From contig JAGVBL010000103.1 in assembly GCA_020059785.1 (NCBI GenBank), forward strand, positions 1 to 34,514: a stretch of DNA of 34,514 nucleotides. The letters run 5' to 3'. A program made the translations under genes and the position numbers. The stretch's first letter is position 1; each line of letters begins with the position of its first letter. This DNA comes from Ignavibacteriales bacterium (GTDB lineage: Bacteria > Bacteroidota > Ignavibacteria > Ignavibacteriales > Melioribacteraceae). This document shows positions 18,398 to 28,039 of the stretch, piece by piece. The notes under the pieces are model-generated. The model had not been told where the DNA came from, searched no databases, and saw only the letters and a program-made list of their open reading frames with translations.

Positions 18398-19591
18398 ATG
18401 AAAATGAAAGTATTAATTGCAGACAAATTTCCCGAGCAGTATGTTCAGAAATTAAAGGATTCTGATATTGAAGTAATTTACAATCCGAAGCTTGGAGAAA
18501 ACGATTTACCGGAAGCAGTAAAAGATGTTGATTGCATTGTAGTACGTTCAACAGTTGTAAATGCAAAGACTATTGAAGCTTCGAACCAATTGAATCTGAT
18601 AGTACGCGCCGGTGCAGGAGTTAATAACATCGATATTAAAGCAGCTAACAAGAAAGGAATTTACGTTTCCAACTGTCCAGGAAAAAATTCTATTGCAGTT
18701 GCAGAATTAGCAATTGGTTTAATGATTGCGCTGGATAGAAGAATTCCACATAACGTTGCCGATTTCAAAGCCGGTAGGTGGAACAAAGCAGAGTATTCAA
18801 AAGCCGAAGGTTTATTCGGTAAAACTCTTGCAATTGTCGGTTATGGAAATATTGGAAAGGAAGTTGCAAAACGAGCTCAAGCATTTGGTATGAATATTTA
18901 TGCAAAAGATGTAACCCGTATTGAAGGATACGGTGCAAAAGATTTCTCGGAATTCGACCAGATATTACCAATTGCAGATGTTGTATCAATTCATCTCCCG
19001 GCAACACCTCAAACAAAAGGATTGTTTAATGCCGACATGTTTAAATTAATGAAGCCGGGTGCAATACTTATTAATACCTCTCGTCAGGATGTAATTGATG
19101 AAGAAGCATTAATTAATGCAGTGAAGGAAAAGAAATTAAAAGTCGGTCTCGATGTGTTCAAAGGAGAGCCGGAAGGTAAGGACGGAACAGTTGAATCCAA
19201 ATTAAGAGAACTTGATACTGTATATGTTACACATCATATAGGTGCTTCAACCGAACAAGCACAAAATGCAGTTGCTGAAGAAACCGTAAATATTATCCTC
19301 CATTACATTAACAGCGGAGTAATTGATCATTGGGTAAACAGAGCAAAAGTAACCGATGCTCATTACCAGCTTGTAGTAAAACATTACGATAAACCGGGAG
19401 TACTTGCTTCAATTCTTGATGTGCTTAGACAGGGTAACATAAATATTGAAGAGGTTGAAAATATTATTTTTGACGGCGGATTGGTTGCTTGCTGTACTTT
19501 GAAAATCCAGACCTCTGCAACCGGTGATATGCTTGAAGCAATCCGTAACAATCCAAATGTAATTTCCTATTCACACGTATCGCTCGATTAA
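18398..19591 (+). CDS. D-3-phosphoglycerate dehydrogenase-like 2-hydroxyacid dehydrogenase with C-terminal ACT domain
   Basis: 397 aa. It has an NAD-binding GYGNIGKEVAKRA motif, the catalytic region ...INTSRQDVIDEEAL...THHIGAST, and a C-terminal ACT-like segment (QLVVKHYDKPGVLASILDVLRQGNINI). Confidence 0.75.
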   Translation: MKMKVLIADKFPEQYVQKLKDSDIEVIYNPKLGENDLPEAVKDVDCIVVRSTVVNAKTIEASNQLNLIVRAGAGVNNIDIKAANKKGIYVSNCPGKNSIAVAELAIGLMIALDRRIPHNVADFKAGRWNKAEYSKAEGLFGKTLAIVGYGNIGKEVAKRAQAFGMNIYAKDVTRIEGYGAKDFSEFDQILPIADVVSIHLPATPQTKGLFNADMFKLMKPGAILINTSRQDVIDEEALINAVKEKKLKVGLDVFKGEPEGKDGTVESKLRELDTVYVTHHIGASTEQAQNAVAEETVNIILHYINSGVIDHWVNRAKVTDAHYQLVVKHYDKPGVLASILDVLRQGNINIEEVENIIFDGGLVACCTLKIQTSATGDMLEAIRNNPNVISYSHVSLD

Positions 19592-19599
19592 TAAACTTT

Positions 19600-19630
19600 A
19601 AAGACCTCCTGTTAATTACGGGGGGTCTTT
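19600..19630. terminator. Hairpin between convergent genes (possible bidirectional terminator)
   Basis: AAAGACCTCC (19600-19609) pairs with GGGGGTCTTT (19621-19630), giving 10 bp including one G.U. The U-tails are weak on both strands. The stem overlaps the stop codon of the minus-strand gene. Confidence 0.45.
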
Positions 19631-20390
19631 AAATAAATTTTATTTCGAAAATATCATCCAGAATTCCATGGTAATAGACCAGTTTGACCATTTCATTTAG
19701 AGCTTCTTTTTCGTTCGAAGTCATTTCAAAATAAACCGATCCTAAATTTTCCTTAACATAAAGTTTTATTTCCTCTGTAGTATTTATTCCATCAAGAATA
19801 ACATCAATATTTTCCTCAAAAAAAGTATCGATATCAAGCAGTGTAGTTTCAAGTTTAGCAAGAGCTTCTCTGCTGCTGGATACAAAAATAAAATTTACAT
19901 ATGGAAAATCGAGTAATTCTGCCAGTTGATCTGAGAAACTGATACTGGAATTATAATCCCAAAGAGAAAAATTTTCGTCACCTACAACAAGAGTATTCTG
20001 ACTTCCATCCGGCACTTTGTGAGTATCTAGGACAATCTCAACTTCGGAAGAGAATCTTTCTTCAAATAATATTTTGGTTAGAATTATTTCGTTTAAAGAT
20101 ACATCTCCTCTTAAGAGAATTTTCCCAAGAGTTCTTTCTTCGTTTTCAGTTAAATAGAAGTAAGAATTTGAAAGTGTGCCATCGAAAGAGATGCCAGACT
20201 TTCCGGAAACAAATAATTCCCTGTGGTTAATCAAATCCAAACTTGGAATTAATGCAACCGCTTCTCTATCGTTTTCAAGTTCTTTGGATAAAAGAGACGA
20301 ATCTTTAAGAATAATTTCATGTTGATTATTCTTTTCAAGAAATGATATCAGAATCTTTGAATAAATATTGGATGGCATAAATAATTTCAT
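19629..20390 (-). CDS. Hypothetical protein
   Basis: The ORF was trimmed from the TTG at 20408 to ATG 20390 (GGAG 5 nt upstream). It has 253 aa, is acidic and has no TM helix. Any likeness to MqnA-type binding-fold proteins is too weak to call. Confidence 0.55.
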   Translation of the reverse strand: MKLFMPSNIYSKILISFLEKNNQHEIILKDSSLLSKELENDREAVALIPSLDLINHRELFVSGKSGISFDGTLSNSYFYLTENEERTLGKILLRGDVSLNEIILTKILFEERFSSEVEIVLDTHKVPDGSQNTLVVGDENFSLWDYNSSISFSDQLAELLDFPYVNFIFVSSSREALAKLETTLLDIDTFFEENIDVILDGINTTEEIKLYVKENLGSVYFEMTSNEKEALNEMVKLVYYHGILDDIFEIKFI

Positions 20391-20404
20391 AAAATCTCCG
20401 TATT

Positions 20405-20437
20405 TCAAAAATAAAAAACCCCGAGTAACCGGGGTTT
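20405..20437 (-). terminator. Rho-independent terminator after rplS
   Basis: AAACCCCG (20416-20423) pairs with CGGGGTTT (20430-20437) across a 6-nt loop. On the minus strand the stem is followed by TTTATTTTTGA. Confidence 0.8.
20406..20413 (-). promoter_or_regulatory. Candidate -7 box TATTTTTG embedded in the terminator T-tail
   Basis: The plus strand reads CAAAAATA, which is TATTTTTG on the minus strand. It ends 15 nt upstream of ATG 20390. Confidence 0.3.
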
Positions 20438-20455
20438 CTTTTGAAGAATTGAAAC

Positions 20456-20803
20456 TTACTTAACTCTTTTATCTTTAATTCGTGCTGCTTTTCCGGAAAG
20501 CTCGCGCAGATAAAAAAGTTTTGCTCTTCTAACTTTACCCTCACGGATAATTTCTACTTTAGAGATTTTAGGTGAATTGTAAGAGAAGATTCTTTCAACG
20601 CCAACACCGCTGGCAATTTTTCTAACAGTAAAGGTTTTATTCAATCCGGCGCCTCTGATGTTTATTACATCACCTTCGTAAGGCTGAATTCTTTCTTTAT
20701 CGCCTTCAATAACTCTTACATGCACACGAATATGATCACCGGTCTTGAACGCCGGTATGTCCGATCTAATCTGATCAGTCACTATCTCTTTTAGTTTGTC
20801 CAT
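20456..20803 (-). CDS. rplS: 50S ribosomal protein L19
   Basis: 115 aa. ...[33 protein letters not shown]...[17 protein letters not shown] is the canonical L19 sequence. Confidence 0.95.
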   Translation of the reverse strand: MDKLKEIVTDQIRSDIPAFKTGDHIRVHVRVIEGDKERIQPYEGDVINIRGAGLNKTFTVRKIASGVGVERIFSYNSPKISKVEIIREGKVRRAKLFYLRELSGKAARIKDKRVK

Positions 20804-20806
20804 TTT

Positions 20807-21493
20807 TTACTCCAGGTTATTTATTTTTTTCCACTTGTCGGTTAAATTTTTTGATTGCTCTTCTTTCCATTCTTTAATTTTTTTTTCATGACCGGAAAGA
20901 AGAACTTCAGGAATTTTCATATTATTAAATTCTGCCGGTCTGGTATAATAAGGAGCTTCAATTATATCACCATCCATCAAAGAATCATTAAGAGCTGATT
21001 CACTATCATTGAGAACCCCGGGCAGAAGTCTTACAACAGAATCAATAATTACCATTGCGGCAATTTCGCCACCGGTAAGAATATATCTACCAATCGAAAT
21101 TTCATCCGTAGCAAATTTTTGACGAACCCTGTCGTCAATTCCCTTATAATGTCCTGCAATAATTAAAATATTTTTAGCTAAAGAAAATTTATTAGCCATT
21201 TTTTGATCATAAAATTTTCCTCCCGGAGAAGGATAAATAACATGATCATATTTTCTTTCGTTCAATAATTTTTCAATACATTCAAAGAACGGTTCGGGTT
21301 TAAGAAGCATCCCGGGTCCGCCGCCAAACGGTTTATCGTCAATCTGCTTATGTTTATCGTGAGCATAATCCCTAAGGTTGTGCACAACAATTTCAACCTT
21401 ATTTCTCTCTTTGGCTCTCTTAATTATACTTGTATTCAGAGGACTAATAAGAGAATCCGGAACAGCAGAAATAACATCAATTCTCATCTTCAT
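20807..21493 (-). CDS. trmD: tRNA (guanine37-N1)-methyltransferase
   Basis: 228 aa. It has ...DDKPFGGGPGMLLKPEP... and ...DEISIGRYILTGGEIAAMVIIDSVVRLLPGVL. It sits in the conserved rpsP-rimM-trmD-rplS context. Confidence 0.95.
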   Translation of the reverse strand: MKMRIDVISAVPDSLISPLNTSIIKRAKERNKVEIVVHNLRDYAHDKHKQIDDKPFGGGPGMLLKPEPFFECIEKLLNERKYDHVIYPSPGGKFYDQKMANKFSLAKNILIIAGHYKGIDDRVRQKFATDEISIGRYILTGGEIAAMVIIDSVVRLLPGVLNDSESALNDSLMDGDIIEAPYYTRPAEFNNMKIPEVLLSGHEKKIKEWKEEQSKNLTDKWKKINNLE

Positions 21494-21995
21494 AAAGCAA
21501 ATCGCATTCTGCTACTAAATCAATTCTTTTCTTTTCCGGATCTATTTTTTTTATAAAATCCTTAATTGCCGGGATCAAAATATTTTTATTGTTCAGATCT
21601 TTAACAACATAAACATCATTAGCAGGTAGAACCAGAACATCTTCCACAGAACCTAAAAGAACTTTAGAGCGATAGACTTTAGACCCGATAATATCGTGAA
21701 TAAAGAAAGTATTCTCGCTCAGTTGAATTGAATCTTTTTCATCAATAAAAATATGTTTGCCGATAAAGATTTTTGCATCATCCGAGGAATTGAATCCTTT
21801 AATTTTCAGCAAAAATTTTCCTTTTATTTTATCAACTTCTTCAACAACAAATTCTTTTTTGTTACCGAAGAATTCAATAAAAATCTTTTTCAGATCGTAA
21901 AACCTCTCACTGAAATCGGAATAAGAATCAATAGCAACAAACCCATCAGAGCCACGCAGAGCAACAATTTTAGCAATTAAAATAAATTGATCCAC
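21477..21995 (-). CDS. rimM: 16S rRNA processing protein RimM
   Basis: 172 aa. The N-terminus IAKIVALRGSDGFVAIDSYSDFSERF is typical of RimM, followed by a PRC-barrel-like C-terminus. It occupies the conserved position upstream of trmD. Confidence 0.85.
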   Translation of the reverse strand: MDQFILIAKIVALRGSDGFVAIDSYSDFSERFYDLKKIFIEFFGNKKEFVVEEVDKIKGKFLLKIKGFNSSDDAKIFIGKHIFIDEKDSIQLSENTFFIHDIIGSKVYRSKVLLGSVEDVLVLPANDVYVVKDLNNKNILIPAIKDFIKKIDPEKKRIDLVAECDLLYEDEN

Positions 21996-22019
21996 AGAAG
22001 AATCCGAACAGGAACCGGA

Positions 22020-22253
22020 TTAATCTAATATTTTTAAAATTGCTCGTTTTCCCTCTTTAGCAGCAATAGCTGTAAGCAATGTTCTCATAGCTTGAGCGGT
22101 TTTGCCTTGCTTGCCAATGACTTTGCCTACATCTTCAGCTCCAACTTTAAGAGTAAGCTCAACGGTTTTGTCATCCGGAGTTACTTCATCAAGAGAAACA
22201 CCGTCGGGATTATCAACAAGATGTTTTGCAATAAATTCAATAAATTCCTTCAT
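22020..22253 (-). CDS. KH-domain RNA-binding protein (UPF0109/YlqC family)
   Basis: 77 aa. It has the GKVIGKQGKTAQAMRTLL KH motif (GxxG loop) and the conserved position between rpsP and rimM. Confidence 0.85.
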   Translation of the reverse strand: MKEFIEFIAKHLVDNPDGVSLDEVTPDDKTVELTLKVGAEDVGKVIGKQGKTAQAMRTLLTAIAAKEGKRAILKILD

Positions 22254-22321
22254 GAGAGTACCTATATTTAATTAAAAAGGGTACGTATTTAAGGTGCCGG
22301 CTGAACCTTAAATGGAACAGC

Positions 22322-22765
22322 TTATTCGGAAGCAGTACCCTTTGCTTCCACTGCACTATCAGACTTTTCTTCAGCTTTTTGAGCGGATGCTTTTTTGCTT
22401 TTTGCTTTCTCTTCGCGTTTTTTCAATTTAGCGGTAAGAGAAGCTTCTTTTAATTTTTTCCATTCATCAAGTTTAGCAGAAATCTGTTCTTCTGATAAAC
22501 CTTTTTTTGTCAATTCCTGTTTAAGAATAATTCCTTGATTTGTCAAGATATTTTTAACAGTATCTGTTGGTTGGGCACCAACACCCAGCCAATAAAGTGC
22601 ACGATCTTCTTTTATTTCAATAGTTGCTGGATCAGTTTTAGGATTATACAATCCGATCGCTTCAATAAATTTACCGTCTCTCGGTGAACGTGAATCAGCC
22701 GCAACAACTTTATAAACCGGCTGTTTTTTCTTTCCCATTCTTCTCAGTCTTAACTTTACTGCCAA
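22322..22765 (-). CDS. rpsP: 30S ribosomal protein S16 with a Lys/Glu/Ala-rich C-terminal extension
   Basis: M(TTG)[40 protein letters not shown] is the canonical S16 core of about 85 aa. A low-complexity tail of about 60 aa follows. GGAGGA lies upstream of the TTG start. Confidence 0.9.
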   Translation of the reverse strand: MAVKLRLRRMGKKKQPVYKVVAADSRSPRDGKFIEAIGLYNPKTDPATIEIKEDRALYWLGVGAQPTDTVKNILTNQGIILKQELTKKGLSEEQISAKLDEWKKLKEASLTAKLKKREEKAKSKKASAQKAEEKSDSAVEAKGTASE

Positions 22766-22797
22766 TTTGTTTATTCCTCCATATGATTTTTTATTTA

Positions 22798-24131
22798 TTA
22801 ATTATATCTAAAATTTTTCAGATTCATCATGCCGGATTTACCGGATTTTGAACTAACCATTTTAACCATTCGCTGCATCTCTTCAAATTGCTTTATCAGC
22901 CGGTTAACATCCTGAATAGTGTTACCGCTTCCACGAGCAATTCTTTTACGTCTGCTTCCGTTTAATATTTTTGGATTAATCCTTTCCTTTTTGGTCATAG
23001 ACTGAATTATAGATTCAACCTTTACCAACTGCTTATCATCAATATCGGCATTTTTAATTGCAGAACCAAGTCCGGGCACCATGGCAAGCAATGATTTTAA
23101 AGAACCCATTTTCTTAATCATTTTAATTTGCTTAAGAAAATCATCAAAATCGAATTTGTTTGCAAGTAATTTTTTCTCTAAGTCATCAGCTTCTTTTTCA
23201 TCAATCTGTTCCTGAGCTTTTTCAACAAGCGAAACAATATCACCTTTACCTAAAATTCTAGAAGCCATACGTTCCGGATAAAAAAGCTCTATCGAATCTA
23301 ATTTTTCTCCAAGACTTGTAAACTTAACCGGGCGATCTACAACAGCACGGATTGAAAGCACACATCCGCCTCTTGAATCGCCATCGAGCTTTGTAATTAC
23401 AACTCCATCGAAATCAACTTTTTCATGGAAAGCTTTAGCCGAATTTACAGCATCCTGTCCGGTCATGGAATCTACAACAAACAAAGTTTCAGTAGGATTG
23501 ACCTTTGCTTTAATAGCGGCAGCTTCATTCATCATATCTTCATCAACATGCAGACGACCGGCTGTATCTATAATTACCGTATTCAAGCCGTTTTCTTTAG
23601 CATAAATCATTGCTTCGGAAGCAATCTTTACCGGATCTTTACTGCCATCCATAGTGAATACAGGAACAGAAATTTGAGAGCCCAGAATTTTCAACTGATC
23701 GATTGCAGCAGGTCGGTAAACATCAGCAGCAACTAAAAGAACATTTCTTTTTCTGTTTTTTAAGTACTTAGCTAATTTGGCACTGAAAGTAGTCTTACCG
23801 CAACCCTGTAATCCTATCAACATTATGGAAGTAATTCCTGAAGGATTAAGAGTAAGTTCGGAACCGGTACTTCCGAGAAGCAGAGTTAATTCATCATAAA
23901 TAATTTTAGTAATTAACTGTCCCGGAGTAACGGAATTGATAACTTCCTGACCAATAGCTTTTTGTTTAACATCTTCAATGAACTGTTTGGCAACTTTATA
24001 ATTTACATCAGCATCTAAAAGAACACGTCTGATTTCCCGTAGAGTATCCGAAATATTAGATTCGGAGATTCTCCCCTGACCAGTAATTTTTTTAACGCAC
24101 GTTCAAGCTTTTCAGATAATTCTTCGAGCAT
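22798..24131 (-). pseudogene. ffh: Signal recognition particle protein Ffh; frame broken by a 1-nt deficit in the A7 run at 24087-24093 (probably a sequence artefact)
   Basis: ORF 22798..23823 begins inside the G domain (LIGLQGCGKTT) and carries the M domain. The N domain lies upstream. ATG 24131 gives MLEELSEKLERALKK, and with one added A it continues ITGQGRISESNISDTLREIRRVLLDADVNYKVAKQFIEDVK... in frame with the G domain. The span is 1334 nt, which is 2 mod 3. Confidence 0.9.
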
Positions 24132-24189
24132 AGTCTATCAACTCAGTTAAAAGATAATAAAAAGGGAATTCATTTCAAAAGTTAATTAT

Positions 24190-25071
24190 TTAACTTCCTT
24201 TTAGGGCATTTGCTCCGGAAACAATTTCAATAATTTCCCTTGTTATAGAAGCCTGACGTTCTTTATTATAAGTCAGGTTCAATGAACGAATTAACTCTTT
24301 AGCATTTTCCGTAGCCATATCCATTGCCGTCATACGAGCGCCAAGCTCGGCAGCAAAGGATTCCAGCAAATATCTCCACATTTGTGCATTCAAATGTTTT
24401 GGCAGCATTTTATTAATAATGCCAGATTTATCCGGTTCGTAAATGTAATCTGAATAGCTTGTATCTGAAGAAGATTCTTCAAAAGGTTTAATAGGTAAAA
24501 GCTGTTCGATTACTGTTTTTTGTTGAATAACGGATTTAAATTCATTGAACACAACTAAAACTTTATCAATTTCGCCGGATAAAAATTTGTGAGTTAATTC
24601 TCTAACAAGTCCGGATGCAAATTCAAATTTTAAGTGAGAAAAAATTCCGGGGTAAGAACCGGTTACATTGTAATGGCGCCGGGTAAAGTGGTCGTTCCCT
24701 TTTTTACCAAGACAGTATAATTTAACTTTTCCTTTACTATTAAGTTCACTCAATTCATTGTTTAAAAATTCTTCGGCAAATCTAATAGCATTAATATTAA
24801 AACTACCGCACAATCCCCTATCGGATGTAATAACAATTAATGCAACACTTTCAACTTTGCGTTCGGTAATTAAAGGGTTGTTAATATTTTTTTCAATATT
24901 CAACAGATGGCTTAATACTTCGGAAATCTTTCTGGAATATGGACGGGAATTAATAATGTTTTCCTGGGCACGCCGTAATCTTGCAGCAGCAACCATTTTC
25001 ATTGCTTTGGTAATTTGCTGCGTGTTTTTAACACCCTTAATTCTTCTTTTTATGTCCCTTAATGTTGCCAT
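24190..25071 (-). CDS. atpG: F0F1 ATP synthase subunit gamma
   Basis: 293 aa. It has MATLRDIKRRIKGVKNTQQITKAMKMVAAARLRRAQ and the C-terminal ...ITREIIEIVSGANAL. Confidence 0.95.
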   Translation of the reverse strand: MATLRDIKRRIKGVKNTQQITKAMKMVAAARLRRAQENIINSRPYSRKISEVLSHLLNIEKNINNPLITERKVESVALIVITSDRGLCGSFNINAIRFAEEFLNNELSELNSKGKVKLYCLGKKGNDHFTRRHYNVTGSYPGIFSHLKFEFASGLVRELTHKFLSGEIDKVLVVFNEFKSVIQQKTVIEQLLPIKPFEESSSDTSYSDYIYEPDKSGIINKMLPKHLNAQMWRYLLESFAAELGARMTAMDMATENAKELIRSLNLTYNKERQASITREIIEIVSGANALKGS

Positions 25072-25093
25072 CTATCTTTTATAAATTTTCAAA

Positions 25094-26638
25094 TTACTTT
25101 CTAAACTTTTCAATAAACTCATCAGCAGCTTTTTTAAGAAGCTGGATTGTATCTTCCTTAAGTTCTTTTGTAGATCTAATATTTTCATAGATTGCCGGAT
25201 ATTTTAATTCGGCAAACTCATGAAATTCTTTTTCGAATCTTTTTACAATTTTAACATCAATTGTATCTAAATAATTATTTGTACCAAGGAAAACGGAAAC
25301 AACCTGTTTTTCTACTTGAATAGGAACATACTGTCCCTGTTTCAATAATTCAACAAGACGTGCACCTTTAGCAAGAATTTTTTGAGTGGCTTTATCAAGA
25401 TCGGAACCGAATTTAGCGAAAGCTTCCAGTTCACGATATTGAGCCAAATCGATTTTAAGAGAACCGGCAACTTTTTTCATTCCTTTAATTTGTGCATTAC
25501 CACCAACACGTGATACCGAAATACCAACGTTAATAGCAGGACGAACACCAGCATTAAATAAGTTTGGTTCAAGATAAATTTGTCCGTCTGTAATCGAAAT
25601 AACGTTTGTAGGAATATAAGCTGAAACGTCGCCTTGTTGTGTTTCGATAATTGGAAGAGCAGTTAAACTTCCGCCTCCAAGATCTTCACTTAATTTAGAA
25701 GCTCTTTCAAGTAAACGGGAATGAAGATAAAATACATCGCCCGGATAAGCTTCGCGTCCCGGTGGTCTTCTTAATAATAGAGAGAGCTCGCGGTATGCTG
25801 CTGCTTGCTTGGAAAGATCATCATAAATAACAAGTGCATGCCTACCAGAATCTCTAAAATGTTCTCCTAATGTTGCACCGGAATAAGGTGCAATATATTG
25901 AAGAGGAGCCGGAGATGATGCCGGGGCAGATACAATTGTTGTATAAGCCATTGCACCTTCTTCTTCTAACTTTGCAACTACCTGTGCAATAGTGGAATTT
26001 TTCTGACCTATTGCCACATAAACACAATAAACCGGTTTAATACCGTATTTTTTCGCTTCTTCTGTATGAGTGAATTTCTGGTTAATTATAGTGTCAATTG
26101 CAATGGCTGTTTTACCGGTCTGACGATCGCCGATAATTAATTCGCGCTGTCCACGGCCAATCGGAATCATAGCATCTATAGCGGTAATACCTGTTTGAAG
26201 CGGTTCTTTAACAGGTTGACGTGCAATAACACCAAGTGCTTTTCTTTCGATCGGCATATACTTATCAAACTGAACTGTTCCTTTACCATCAACAGGTTCG
26301 CCGAGGGGATTAACAACTCTTCCAAGAAGTTTATCACCAACCGGAAAGGATGCTACACGGTTAGTTCTTTTTACTCTATCGCCCTCTTTAATTAATGAAC
26401 TTTCTCCAAAGAGAACGCAACCGACACTATCCTCTTCAAGGTTCAGTACCATCCCCGTAACATTATTCGGAAATTCAACTAATTCACTTGCCATTACATT
26501 GGATAATCCATATACACGTGCTATACCATCACCAACCTGTAGAACTGTACCCACTTCATATATATCAACCTCGTTATCGAAACCGGCAAGTTGTTTTCTA
26601 AGTATTGCAGTAACTTCGTCAGGTCTAATTTCAGCCAT
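25094..26638 (-). CDS. atpA: F0F1 ATP synthase subunit alpha
   Basis: 514 aa. It has the Walker A motif [14 protein letters not shown] and is alpha-type throughout (...[30 protein letters not shown]...). Confidence 0.97.
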   Translation of the reverse strand: MAEIRPDEVTAILRKQLAGFDNEVDIYEVGTVLQVGDGIARVYGLSNVMASELVEFPNNVTGMVLNLEEDSVGCVLFGESSLIKEGDRVKRTNRVASFPVGDKLLGRVVNPLGEPVDGKGTVQFDKYMPIERKALGVIARQPVKEPLQTGITAIDAMIPIGRGQRELIIGDRQTGKTAIAIDTIINQKFTHTEEAKKYGIKPVYCVYVAIGQKNSTIAQVVAKLEEEGAMAYTTIVSAPASSPAPLQYIAPYSGATLGEHFRDSGRHALVIYDDLSKQAAAYRELSLLLRRPPGREAYPGDVFYLHSRLLERASKLSEDLGGGSLTALPIIETQQGDVSAYIPTNVISITDGQIYLEPNLFNAGVRPAINVGISVSRVGGNAQIKGMKKVAGSLKIDLAQYRELEAFAKFGSDLDKATQKILAKGARLVELLKQGQYVPIQVEKQVVSVFLGTNNYLDTIDVKIVKRFEKEFHEFAELKYPAIYENIRSTKELKEDTIQLLKKAADEFIEKFRK

Positions 26639-26656
26639 GATTTTTTCCTAATTGTT

Positions 26657-27205
26657 CTAAATGCTTATCTCTTCCGAGAATTTTTTTCTTAATAATTCCA
26701 GTTGATGTTTTACCGACGCATCATAAACAGTATCTTTTATCTGAACGATAAAACCACCAATGATATTAGTGTCAACCTCGAATTCTGTTTTTATTTTTTT
26801 ATTTGTTTTTTTCTCTAACTTAGAAGCGATCTCTTTTTTAACTGAATCTGTTAAATCGACCGATGAAGTTATATTTGTTTTTACAATCCCTTCTTTATCG
26901 TCCCTAAGATTTAAAAACTCTTTCATAATTTCTGTTATCATTTCTTCGCGACCCTTAGTAACAAGAAATTCCAGGAAGTCGGAAGTTTCCTTTTGAATTT
27001 TGGGTCCGAATATTATAGAAAGAAGATTTTTCTTATCCTTCTGTTTAATAACGGGATTACGAAGAATTGCCCTAAGTTCTTTTGATTGAACAAGAGTATT
27101 GTGAATCAATTCAACATCTTCGGCAAATTTTTTCAATGATTTTTTTTCTTCAGCAAGCTGAAAAAAAGAATTTGCATAGCGATATGAAATTCTAAAAACG
27201 CTCAT
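26657..27205 (-). CDS. atpH: F0F1 ATP synthase subunit delta (OSCP)
   Basis: 182 aa. The N-terminus ...YANSFFQLAEE.. and the C-terminus IIGGFIVQIKDTVYDASVKHQLE are typical of delta. It sits between atpF and atpA. Confidence 0.85.
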   Translation of the reverse strand: MSVFRISYRYANSFFQLAEEKKSLKKFAEDVELIHNTLVQSKELRAILRNPVIKQKDKKNLLSIIFGPKIQKETSDFLEFLVTKGREEMITEIMKEFLNLRDDKEGIVKTNITSSVDLTDSVKKEIASKLEKKTNKKIKTEFEVDTNIIGGFIVQIKDTVYDASVKHQLELLRKKFSEEISI

Positions 27206-27207
27206 AA

Positions 27208-27750
27208 TCAGTTATTGGAAAGATCATCAAGATATTTCTTAACCAATTTAATCTGTTTATCTTTATCAAGACTTTCTCTTAGAATCTTTTCAGCAGATTG
27301 GATAGCAATATCCGCCACCTGATCTTTAAGCTTATTAAAAGCTTCTGCATTTTTTCTTTCAATTTCACTGGCAGCATCATCTATCATTTTTTTTGCTTGA
27401 AGTTTGCTTTCACCCAGAATCTGAGACTTTAATTTTTCAGCATACTCTCTGCTCTGATTAATAATTTTTCTGGCTTCATCTTCGGCTTTAAGCATGTTCT
27501 GTTTATTATCGGCAATTAACTTCTCAGCATCTTTTTTAGCAGTTTCAGCTTTTTCTAAAGATTCTTTAATAAAGGATTCTCTTTCTTTAAGCGAATTGAG
27601 GATCGGTTTCCATGCAATCTTTTTTAGAATAAGGAGCAAAAAGATAAATGTTACAACGGTCCATAAAATTACACCGGGATTTACATCAAGCGGGCCGCCG
27701 CTTTCTCCTCCGCCAGCAAGAGCTACAACAAATAAATCAGCTAATATCAT
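27208..27750 (-). CDS. atpF: F0F1 ATP synthase subunit b
   Basis: 180 aa. It has a single N-terminal TM helix followed by a long charged helix (KKDAEKLIADNKQNMLKAEDEARKII...). It sits between atpE and atpH. Confidence 0.85.
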   Translation of the reverse strand: MILADLFVVALAGGGESGGPLDVNPGVILWTVVTFIFLLLILKKIAWKPILNSLKERESFIKESLEKAETAKKDAEKLIADNKQNMLKAEDEARKIINQSREYAEKLKSQILGESKLQAKKMIDDAASEIERKNAEAFNKLKDQVADIAIQSAEKILRESLDKDKQIKLVKKYLDDLSNN

Positions 27751-27785
27751 TCTGAAAATTTCCTCATGTTAGAGAAAAATAAAAA

Positions 27786-28004
27786 TTACTTTAATGCAAG
27801 AAGAATACAGATAACCAGAGCAAAAAGTGAAATACCTTCAATGAGAGCAGCAGCAATAATCATTGATGTTCTAATTTCACCGGCAGCTTCGGGTTGACGA
27901 CCGCTTGCTTCCATAGCAGCACTTGCTAATTTACCAATACCGAATGCACCACCTATAACGGTTAATGCTGCGCTAAAACCAGCTGCTAAATATGCGTATT
28001 CCAT
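27786..28004 (-). CDS. atpE: F0F1 ATP synthase subunit c
   Basis: 72 aa forming a helical hairpin with the loop GRQPEA and the carboxylate in ...AAALIEGISLFALV. Confidence 0.95.
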   Translation of the reverse strand: MEYAYLAAGFSAALTVIGGAFGIGKLASAAMEASGRQPEAAGEIRTSMIIAAALIEGISLFALVICILLALK

Positions 28005-28039
28005 TTAACTTCCTCCTATTATGTACTGTTATTAAATAA

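Noticed and set aside
19629-20390. Calling this gene MqnA-like (futalosine-pathway chorismate dehydratase)
   Set aside because: I see only a vague pattern likeness (...AVALIPSLDL...). Without a profile search that is insufficient, so it is left as hypothetical.
24087-24093. Programmed ribosomal frameshift or transcriptional slippage in ffh at the A7 tract
   Set aside because: The break falls at codon 15 of an essential housekeeping gene. I see no stimulatory structure and know of no precedent. Three other unrelated genes show the same one-base deficit in A/T runs, so technical indel error is the simpler explanation.
27786-28004. Na+-translocating c-subunit
   Set aside because: The residues after the carboxylate read E-G-I-S rather than the E-S/T-T pattern. 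Helix 1 lacks the Gln of the Na+-binding signature. This is consistent with an ordinary H+ c-ring.
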